A stretch of DNA of 64,000 nucleotides from a virus (IMGVR_UViG_3300042484_001840:64001-128000), one strand, 5' to 3'. Numbered from the stretch's first letter, positions 37,507-45,288 are shown. Notes: generated from the sequence alone by a model not told the origin. Numbers and translations: made by a program.

Positions 37507-37745
37507 CAGCCGCTCGGCAAGCGGGGCTAGTTGAGATACTGGGGTAAAACCCGAACGACCTGAGTATGTCGTAAAACTACTCTTCTTTGCTATCTCCCGA
37601 TAGCCCCGTACTCGCCACGAACTCGGATTTTTTTGTGACGGACTTTTTGCTACTGCCGTTTTTTCATTTCGTGCTTCGGATTTTTTTGTGAAAACTTTTC
37701 GCTACTGCTATTTTTTCAGTACGGGCTTTTATGCAAAAAAAAAAG

Positions 37746-37778
37746 TTATCCACAGGCTGTTGATAAACCTGTGGATAA
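37746..37778. promoter_or_regulatory. DnaA-box cluster (3 boxes)
   Basis: TTATCCACA at 37746, TGTTGATAA at 37758 (1 mismatch), TGTGGATAA at 37770. Confidence 0.7.
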
Positions 37779-37781
37779 CTC

Positions 37782-38090
37782 TCATTGCTGACTCGTGGAA
37801 ACTTTTGTTCTGTTCCGTAACCCAATCATTGCGGACAAATAAAATCCTGCCGCGTGACGCTCCATCTCTGTTTCTCCGCCCCACACGCCGTACTCGTGGT
37901 TTTTCCTGCCGTACTCTCGGCACTCTGCGGATACAGGGCATTGCCGACATATAGCGACCGCTTGTGCTTCACGCTTTACCCGTCTCTCAGGTCGCTCGGC
38001 AACCTTAGGGAAGAATAGGTCTAACTTGCCACTACAAATTCCCAACTTCTGCCATTCGGTATCTAGAGTTTGAGTGTCGTTGTCGGTCAT
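37782..38090 (-). CDS. whiB: WhiB-family transcription factor
   Basis: W...C...LFFP...ICRQCPVSAECREY...YGVWGG. Confidence 0.92.
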   Translation of the reverse strand: MTDNDTQTLDTEWQKLGICSGKLDLFFPKVAERPERRVKREAQAVAICRQCPVSAECREYGRKNHEYGVWGGETEMERHAAGFYLSAMIGLRNRTKVSTSQQ

Positions 38091-38782
38091 ACAAACTCCA
38101 TAATCAGAACTGAGTCGTCTTCCATTGTGTCTCTGCCAAGCACATGAACTTCCGTGCCTTCGCTATTCCATATTGCTCGCACATGATGATGACCGCAAAT
38201 GTGAAAGCGAGGCTTCACCTTCTGCTGGATCTCAAGTACTAACTCTCGCTGGTACACAGATACGGGAATGTCGTCCTTGTATGTGAGTTCAACTCCGTAG
38301 GGTGCGTCATGAGTAATGAGCACATCTACTTCCTCGTCGCTGAGTGTGTCAATATGGTAGGGGCTGATGAGTTCTTGCTTCCACCAAGTACGACCTAGTT
38401 CCCTATCTTTCCAATCCACGCTATACGCTCCGCCATACCCCATAAAGGTATAGCCGTTCATATCAAAGCGACAGCCACGAGGTATCCACTTCACCCATTC
38501 GTTGGGCGTAGGGATAGGTCTAGTGTCTCCGTGCTGAGTGCGTAGGTCGTCTAGTAGGTCGTGGTTCTCGTGGTTGCCATCTATCCACATGAGTGGAATA
38601 TTGTTGGCTTCTGCGAGTGCCACACAGCGTGCTAGGAACTTCTTACCAAAGGGCAAATGTACCCAGTAGCCAAAGTCACCGCAAGCGATAATCGTATTCA
38701 CTTCGTTCTTGTGTGCGTGGGCGTATAGCCATTCAAGGTGCTGAATGTTTCCGTGAATGTCGCCTGCGAATAGTACTTTCAT
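38087..38782 (-). CDS. Metallophosphoesterase
   Basis: GDIHG, GDFG, DGNHE, THDAP and CGHHH motifs. Confidence 0.85.
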   Translation of the reverse strand: MKVLFAGDIHGNIQHLEWLYAHAHKNEVNTIIACGDFGYWVHLPFGKKFLARCVALAEANNIPLMWIDGNHENHDLLDDLRTQHGDTRPIPTPNEWVKWIPRGCRFDMNGYTFMGYGGAYSVDWKDRELGRTWWKQELISPYHIDTLSDEEVDVLITHDAPYGVELTYKDDIPVSVYQRELVLEIQQKVKPRFHICGHHHVRAIWNSEGTEVHVLGRDTMEDDSVLIMEFV

Positions 38783-38877
38783 TATGTTCACCTCCAGGGT
38801 GATTAGTAGTTATGTGTATAGTATATCAGAATTGTATATAGATTACAACCCCGATGAGCGTGTGATTAGTCACACGA

Positions 38878-39183
38878 TTACTTGACATCTCCCCAACCTC
38901 GCCAAGCCTTACCCCAACGAGGCGAGGTAGTGCGTAGGTAGCACGCCCACAAGGGGTGGCGCTCTACGACCATCTCGGGCAAGATGACATGAACGAATAG
39001 GTCTAGTCGCCGTATGAACCTACAAGGCGAACCTAACCTATAGCGAGACACAGGGGCGCTCTCATGAGCCTCCACGAACGCTCTAAGGCTCGTAGGGTCT
39101 ATATCCCAAGGGTCAAGCCCTACTCTGTCTGCGAGTGTGCGTATCAAACTAGTTCGTACCACTTCATGATATGCGGACCACAA
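38878..39183 (-). CDS. Hypothetical protein
   Basis: ORF track. Confidence 0.4.
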   Translation of the reverse strand: MWSAYHEVVRTSLIRTLADRVGLDPWDIDPTSLRAFVEAHESAPVSRYRLGSPCRFIRRLDLFVHVILPEMVVERHPLWACYLRTTSPRWGKAWRGWGDVK

Positions 39184-39410
39184 CCCCCATAGTGGATAGC
39201 CATGATCTCGGCAAGCACTAACTCAAACTCTTTGCCTTGTGAGTAGGTCAAGGTAGGGTCGTTGCCTAGCACTTGCTTGACTCCCTTGTATGTGTCTGCG
39301 ATGAGTTGAGCCTGCCTAAGTGACTCAAGGCGAGGCGTTGTATTCTTTGATACTGCCTTGCTTCTGACGATCTCTCGTACTTGCTCTATGTTGCTGAGTA
39401 GGTCGTTCAT
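39144..39410 (-). CDS. Hypothetical protein
   Basis: ORF track; coupled to the upstream gene. Confidence 0.5.
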   Translation of the reverse strand: MNDLLSNIEQVREIVRSKAVSKNTTPRLESLRQAQLIADTYKGVKQVLGNDPTLTYSQGKEFELVLAEIMAIHYGGCGPHIMKWYELV

Positions 39411-39411
39411 C

Positions 39412-39642
39412 TCATTTCCCCTTCGTTGTTTGTAGTCGTACTCGTGTGCTCGTGACTTTCTTTTGCTCTGTTGCCTTGCGTGTCAAGCGACCCCAACCCC
39501 AACTAGTAGGTGACTTCACTTCGCTTTGCTTTGCCTTGCGTGTCAAGTAAAAGTGTGCGACAAGTGTGTCATTGGGATTGAACTCTGACAGTTCATCTAT
39601 GAGCATTTGTACTGTCATTTTTGATAATGTATTGCGTGTCAT
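39412..39642 (-). CDS. Hypothetical basic protein
   Basis: Start MTRNT after ACTACTACTAAAGGA. Confidence 0.55.
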   Translation of the reverse strand: MTRNTLSKMTVQMLIDELSEFNPNDTLVAHFYLTRKAKQSEVKSPTSWGWGRLTRKATEQKKVTSTRVRLQTTKGK

Positions 39643-39793
39643 GCTTTGTCCTTTAGTAGTAGTGACAAGGTAATCATACACAACTATCAAACAAAAAGCA
39701 ACCTTTATCAAAAGAAATATTTATTATAGTTATGTGACATAATCAACAACTATCATAACAATAATGATTACATATATAGCAATTACATATCAG

Positions 39794-39968
39794 TTATACA
39801 CAACCTGTGGATAAGGTGTGGATAACTTTGTACACAGGCTGTGGGTAACGCTGTGGATAACGATGAGTGCTGTGGATAATGCTGTGTATAACCTGTGTAT
39901 AACCTGTGGATAAAGCGAGGCATCAACTGTGGATAACTAGCACCATCTGTGGACAAAGATGTGGATAA
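39794..39968. repeat. DnaA-box array (13 boxes, mostly co-oriented) next to an AT-rich tract
   Basis: TGTGGATAA/TGTGTATAA/TGTGGACAA at 39806, 39817, 39852, 39871, 39883, 39894, 39905, 39928, 39948 and 39960, plus 39794, 39828 and 39840; AT-rich 39690-39793. Confidence 0.88.
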
Positions 39969-40132
39969 CTGTTGCGAAAATGAGGATGCGGGGCTATTTT
40001 TCAGACGACCTCAGAACAGGGGGGTAGAGACACACACACCATATTGCATTGTTTCCATATAGATTTATCCAAAGTCGTCGTAGTGCACTACCCTTTAATC
40101 TCGGTGTAGTGCACTACTTCAACTTTTCGTGA

Positions 40133-40360
40133 TTACAGCGACGCGATGAATTCGCGTGATGCGCTGTCGTACGCTACGAGTGACAAGCCTGCATAACCCA
40201 GTGCGTCCAGTAGGAGGCTAGGTGTGAGTTCGCCACCGTCATCTTCATACGGCATGAATTGCGCGAGTTCTTTGAGGAGGGCTTCTGCATAAGCAGTTTG
40301 CTTACCATCCGCAAGTTTTTGTAGTGTTTTTTCTTCTGTTGAGTTAAGTATGATTTCCAT
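40133..40360 (-). CDS. Hypothetical protein
   Basis: Start MEIILN. Confidence 0.5.
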   Translation of the reverse strand: MEIILNSTEEKTLQKLADGKQTAYAEALLKELAQFMPYEDDGGELTPSLLLDALGYAGLSLVAYDSASREFIASL

Positions 40361-40370
40361 AGTTGATATT

Positions 40371-40577
40371 CTACCTTCCAGTTTCAGTATTGTCAAGTGT
40401 TTGTTTGATTTGTTTTCTTTTACCATTTTTGCTCGTGGATAGTCCGTTGATGCACTTGTGGTTTTTATGCCAGTCTTCAACATGTTTCCATTCGCCCCAT
40501 CTGAATGATTTTCTATTACAGAGGGTGCATTGACCCCTGTGATTTTTACCAGTTGTTATGTTCTTTAGGGTCAACAT
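40371..40577 (-). CDS. Small Zn-finger-like protein
   Basis: CTLC...H..HKC. Confidence 0.45.
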   Translation of the reverse strand: MLTLKNITTGKNHRGQCTLCNRKSFRWGEWKHVEDWHKNHKCINGLSTSKNGKRKQIKQTLDNTETGR

Positions 40578-40782
40578 TTTTATTTACTCTGCGTTGTTTC
40601 TGTTTAGATTTATCTAACTTTTTCTCATACTCGCGCCGATCTTGCTCGTAATATTTTTGCATCTCTTCTTCGTAATATTTTTGCAATTTACGATGAGCGA
40701 GTTGCGTTTTGATGGCATCTCTCGCGTAGTCAAAAAACATAAGTGCGTGTACTGTCAGACTGATTGTCAAGATTGTTTTCAC
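40546..40782 (-). CDS. Hypothetical protein
   Basis: GAGGAG RBS. Confidence 0.5.
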   Translation of the reverse strand: MKTILTISLTVHALMFFDYARDAIKTQLAHRKLQKYYEEEMQKYYEQDRREYEKKLDKSKQKQRRVNKNVDPKEHNNW

Positions 40783-41241
40783 TTGAATATCTCCTCTAAT
40801 TTTTGCATGATGTCTTCAGGTAAGTTTTTTTGCGTTGTGTAAATTTGCTTCAGCACTTCGTAGTAATACTCTCGTTCTTCTACTTCACAATGATGACAAC
40901 CTTTTACAGAGCATCGTACAAGTGCAAGATTTTTTACTATCGGTTCTTTGTCTGTTTTTTGGTAATAGTTCATGGGGTGCCTCTCAAAAAAAAAATCGGT
41001 TTTGTTCTGTGCGTTTAGATTTATCTGATATTGCATGTGGGCTGTTTCTAAATACGAGGGGGTTTTGTTTCTAAACACGAGGGTAAAAAAGTTATACCCT
41101 CTACCATCATTTTCAGATCGCAGAGGGTACAACCCCGTAGTTGGTTTAAGTTGTCAATGGCAATTTTTGCCACCGTCAGATTTCTCTGCACCAACATATT
41201 ATCTGCGCCCGCTATTTTTGTCAACCTAAGCAACAAAATTT

Positions 41242-41538
41242 TCAGTCCATTAAGGATTCAAATTCTTCATAAATCTTGCCTGTGATATCTGCGATCTGAT
41301 TGTTCCACCAGTGTTCGGGTGGGCAGGTTGGCGAGATGAGAACTTCAATTGACTTGGAAACTTTTTTTGCTTCGGGATGGCTCTTGAAGAACTTGTCAAC
41401 TTCTGTCATGTTCTTGAATGGACCGAAGAACACTCGGTCAGTTGCTCGGACATGATGAAGGATGAGTGAATAGTTGGGCGTTTCGGGCTTCTCGGGTTCG
41501 TTATTCTCCACGAAAAGCATTTCTCCTCGGTAAATCAT
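41242..41538 (-). CDS. Hypothetical protein
   Basis: Operon gene. Confidence 0.5.
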   Translation of the reverse strand: MIYRGEMLFVENNEPEKPETPNYSLILHHVRATDRVFFGPFKNMTEVDKFFKSHPEAKKVSKSIEVLISPTCPPEHWWNNQIADITGKIYEEFESLMD

Positions 41539-42138
41539 TTATGCGCTCCTTATAGCAGTTTTGATGTATGTGATTGCTTTGCCAATGTCTCGGGCGTAGT
41601 TGAATATCCAGTCATTGGCATTCTTGTATGAATTGTCTTTGATTGGGTGCCAAAAGAAATGACCCTCATCTATGGGTGTGTGTAAAAAATCTTTGAGTTC
41701 AGAGACAGCCAAAAAGTTCTTATTGAAGTCAGTCAATTTTCTAACGATTGACTTGCCTGTATCTATATTGTATGCGTGTCGGTCAAATTGACTTGAAGAT
41801 AAATCAACAAAATGAGTTCGTGTTACCGTCACTAGATGGGCATTGAAATCGCCTGTAGTGCTTTTGATTTCTCCGACCCAGTTCGGTCCAACACCAACAC
41901 TCCAAGCAGTCTTAGACCATTTATCCCGTGGTACAGAGGTGCTGATGCTCTCTACCATCTCCTCATTGCAAACAAACGCAGACACAGGTATCACTTTGTT
42001 CTGAATATTGAAGTAGTTGAATACTTCTGATGTGATCCGTGCTGAAAGTATGCAACAATTCTTTTTGACATTTGGGGCTACTTCTGCTTGCCAAAATTCG
42101 TTGAGTTTCTCGGTTACAAATGCTTGTTTAGTAGTCAT
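41539..42138 (-). CDS. Hypothetical protein (possible Cys-His-Asp papain/transglutaminase-like fold)
   Basis: NCCI...AHLV...FVDLS spacing is suggestive only. Confidence 0.5.
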   Translation of the reverse strand: MTTKQAFVTEKLNEFWQAEVAPNVKKNCCILSARITSEVFNYFNIQNKVIPVSAFVCNEEMVESISTSVPRDKWSKTAWSVGVGPNWVGEIKSTTGDFNAHLVTVTRTHFVDLSSSQFDRHAYNIDTGKSIVRKLTDFNKNFLAVSELKDFLHTPIDEGHFFWHPIKDNSYKNANDWIFNYARDIGKAITYIKTAIRSA

Positions 42139-42359
42139 GAAATTTTGATTTTCTTGATTTTGATTTCGTCTAGCGGAAGCCAACCGAACCATTTGTTATT
42201 GATGCTTTTCAATAGAACCTGATTGACTCTATTTGGATTGGGCATCATAAAGAATTCAGGTCCGTGTTCTTTGACTCGGTTGCGTGTTCTCTTTGATGCA
42301 GTTTGACCGTTGATTGTAATAAATACTTCTTCGGTAATTTGAGGGTCAGGCGCTGTCAC
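42135..42359 (-). CDS. Hypothetical phage protein
   Basis: RTRNRVKEHG...WFGWLP. Confidence 0.55.
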   Translation of the reverse strand: MTAPDPQITEEVFITINGQTASKRTRNRVKEHGPEFFMMPNPNRVNQVLLKSINNKWFGWLPLDEIKIKKIKIS

Positions 42360-42811
42360 TTCTCTGCCTTTCTCTCTTCTTTCGGATTACGAACTTGGTA
42401 AAGACCTTTTTTGATCTTTCTAAAGTACTGAGGGTTTGATTCAATAAACTTAAGAATTGTCGGATATGACATTTCGGATAAGTCTGTCAAAAATTGAGTA
42501 GTGACGGTTGCTTCAGCGTTGTCATCTAGCCACTTGTAGATTTCGTCATACTTGTCAACACGCTTAACTTTTGGTTCTAGACCATCAAACTCGGGATTGA
42601 CCTTGGCAATAATGCTCGGTGGGAACATATATTTACTGAGTGTTTCAGCGGTGACTTTGCCTTCGTATTTTTGCATGGTGTAGCGAAGGCGAATAATCTC
42701 TGACGGCTCCCGCATTTCTTCGGGTGGAACGCTTGTGGCATTACCATACTTAGCAATGAGATTTTGAATTGCGATGCGGTATTCGTTTTCGGCGGTTTCA
42801 ATAGTTGTCAT
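42356..42811 (-). CDS. Hypothetical protein with C-terminal winged-HTH
   Basis: TTQFLTDLSEMSYPTILKFI...FRKIKKGLY; conserved leader. Confidence 0.55.
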   Translation of the reverse strand: MTTIETAENEYRIAIQNLIAKYGNATSVPPEEMREPSEIIRLRYTMQKYEGKVTAETLSKYMFPPSIIAKVNPEFDGLEPKVKRVDKYDEIYKWLDDNAEATVTTQFLTDLSEMSYPTILKFIESNPQYFRKIKKGLYQVRNPKEERKAEK

Positions 42812-42904
42812 AATTGTCCTTTGCTAGTAATCGGTTATGTATATTATGGCATGTCTAAAAGCAAAAAGCAAATAATTATTAAAAATAGCCTCTGACCAGC
42901 GGTT

Positions 42905-43237
42905 TTAGTCAACTATGTTTTTGGTGAATTTGCTTTCTTTTACCTTTTTGACAATTCTTGAGATGTCATCTTCCGAAGCATCGTCAACAATGAAGAGTTC
43001 TGCCGTGGATGTTGACCCAAGGTTCATCTTGTAACAATCCTTGATAAATTCATATGAATCACTAGCCATACTTTGTTCGCCATTTTTTGTGTAGCGAACA
43101 GCAGTTTTCTTATCTTCTAGGAGAACGGCGAACGGAATGTTCCCATTTTTGTTTTCATAGTAGAAAATTGCTGGATATGTGAATTTTTCTTTCAGATTCT
43201 TCTTTGCTCGCTCTGTTACATCAATATCTTGCTTCAT
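42905..43237 (-). CDS. Hypothetical protein
   Basis: Coupled to the kinase-like gene. Confidence 0.55.
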   Translation of the reverse strand: MKQDIDVTERAKKNLKEKFTYPAIFYYENKNGNIPFAVLLEDKKTAVRYTKNGEQSMASDSYEFIKDCYKMNLGSTSTAELFIVDDASEDDISRIVKKVKESKFTKNIVD

Positions 43238-45276
43238 CAGAGTCCGCCAGTGGAATTGCTTGCGCCGAAGCCCAAGTCACTAAATGTCTCCGTAAGAGCG
43301 CCGGGGTTGTCTTCTAGATATTTAAGTCGTGTCATAGCAAGTGTCCTCATCGCATTCATATGCGCTTTCTCAGTAGGTGTCAATTCTATACCACGACCAC
43401 TAAGCCTGTCAAGTGAAAAAATCTGGTCAAGTTGGGCACGAATTCTTTCTACGGCAATTTTTTGCCCATTATTAAATCGTTCCATTGCTTCATCATCACT
43501 AAAAACCCTAGTTCCAAAATCGCCCAAATAATTAAAAAATATGTTTCCCCCACTACTTGAATAGTTTGTCGGAGTCATATCTTTGCGATATAGGGCATGT
43601 TCGTCAAATTCGGTGCCTAAGACTTCTACATCGTAACCTATTGACATAAGTTCTGACGCTCGCCCTCCGAACATTAAACCATTGTCAATCACGCCGAGTC
43701 GCTGGTCGCCCTTTTCGTCATATGCAACTTTTACATTAAACTCATGGCGGTCAAGATTGTCAAAAATATAATCAAGCGCAAGAATTTGGGCAACATCTTC
43801 AGGACTTACATTGTCTGCGTCAATTCCACCAGCATCGCCAGAGTCACGCCAAAGTACAGTCTCACCCTCATCGTCCATTTGAGTTTTTAGGGGCACTGTC
43901 GTTTCCCATGACTCAATACTCCTCATTGCTGTCCAGCGAACACTTCTTCCCTGTGTGTTATTCCAGTCTGGTGATTGAGGGTTAACAACTGGAACCCTTG
44001 TCCCTGTACGAATTTCCTTGGAATCATTCCTAGCAGCGAGGTCAAGAACGGCGGATGCTTCCATCCCGATATTTTCAAGAAGTCCATCGTTAGCGCCAAA
44101 TGTTGAAGCCTTCATGTACCAGACTTCGCCAGTTTCTTTATCTTCTACCTTAAATACAGTCCAGAGTCCGCCATACTCATGACCACCATTTGACTCTTTA
44201 CCTTGATTACCCTTGAGCGCCTTGAATTTAAAACGCTTATTTTCAAATGTTGTGTCCTTGTCTATCGTGTCTGGTTCAAAGTTCCCAGTCATGATGTCCT
44301 CAAATGTGATGTCAACACCCTGAGGATTTAGTAGACCTAGCCCACTATTTTCATCAATAATAATATTTTCGTCAAAGACTGCGGCTGCAAAAATATCATC
44401 ATCAAGGTCAGCGACATCGCCACCTCCATAGTGAATATCGGCTACAGCATTGCGATACTTCTCGTCATCAATTGTACTAATGCGGGTTGGACCAATAAGT
44501 TCAGCCTTTGCTTCTTCTGCTCCAGCAAATTGGACCTTGGGCTTTCCGTATCGCATGACTTCTACGCCATCGGGTACATTTCCAGATCCGCCAATTCTGT
44601 TAATAAAATCGTCGTAGTCTCGCTTTGAAAGAACTAATATTTCCTTATCCGTCTCAACAACATAATGGTCGCCCGAAGTAAATGCGAGTTCTTGTGCTTT
44701 TTCGTCAGCACGCTTAAATGCGCGATTTCTATTGATACGAATAGGGACACGCTGGTCCTGAGGTAGACCTCGCGCGAGGGCACTAAATGCATCTTCAAAA
44801 TCTTCTGCTGGCTCTTCTGGAGCACTGGTATCTGCAATGCTCGCATCAAAACCAAGACGATCTTGTGAAATTTCACTAGATGGCTGTGGAGGGTCAAGAA
44901 TGTTCTCAACCGATGGAACCCGAGTTTCAAGACCGGGGTATCCAATTTCCTCAAGCGATGAAGATCCCAGCGATAGCCCACGCTCTGAAAGTGATGGGTA
45001 TCCAAGTTTTCCTAATTGAGAAGGTTTCCCGCGCTTTTTTGCAGACGCAGCCGACCCATAGGAAGGCTTGTAGGAAATATCCGCACCGTCAGAACCGACC
45101 ACCCTCATTGAGGGACGGTTCATTGAGGTTAATCCCCGCTGAACCTCATTGCCAATTTCGTCAAGTAAGCGACTCCCAGCAGGGCGTTCCCATGCTGTAC
45201 CTTCTTGGACAATGCCGTCATTGTCAGCATCTATGGCATCTGGGTCATAGGGTTCTACGCGGAGTTTTAGTGCCAT
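43237..45276 (-). CDS. Large acidic protein with C-terminal HipA/PI3-4-kinase-like domain
   Basis: WYMK lysine, LDYIFDNLDRHEFN catalytic loop, VIDNG metal motif; N-terminal DADNDGIVQEGTAWERP. Confidence 0.65.
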   Translation of the reverse strand: MALKLRVEPYDPDAIDADNDGIVQEGTAWERPAGSRLLDEIGNEVQRGLTSMNRPSMRVVGSDGADISYKPSYGSAASAKKRGKPSQLGKLGYPSLSERGLSLGSSSLEEIGYPGLETRVPSVENILDPPQPSSEISQDRLGFDASIADTSAPEEPAEDFEDAFSALARGLPQDQRVPIRINRNRAFKRADEKAQELAFTSGDHYVVETDKEILVLSKRDYDDFINRIGGSGNVPDGVEVMRYGKPKVQFAGAEEAKAELIGPTRISTIDDEKYRNAVADIHYGGGDVADLDDDIFAAAVFDENIIIDENSGLGLLNPQGVDITFEDIMTGNFEPDTIDKDTTFENKRFKFKALKGNQGKESNGGHEYGGLWTVFKVEDKETGEVWYMKASTFGANDGLLENIGMEASAVLDLAARNDSKEIRTGTRVPVVNPQSPDWNNTQGRSVRWTAMRSIESWETTVPLKTQMDDEGETVLWRDSGDAGGIDADNVSPEDVAQILALDYIFDNLDRHEFNVKVAYDEKGDQRLGVIDNGLMFGGRASELMSIGYDVEVLGTEFDEHALYRKDMTPTNYSSSGGNIFFNYLGDFGTRVFSDDEAMERFNNGQKIAVERIRAQLDQIFSLDRLSGRGIELTPTEKAHMNAMRTLAMTRLKYLEDNPGALTETFSDLGFGASNSTGGL

Positions 45277-45288
45277 AGGTTAACTATT

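Noticed and set aside
39690-39968. Host chromosomal oriC or prophage-host junction
   Set aside because: There is no dnaA, dnaN, rpmH or other housekeeping gene, and phage-type genes with the same leader continue on both sides.
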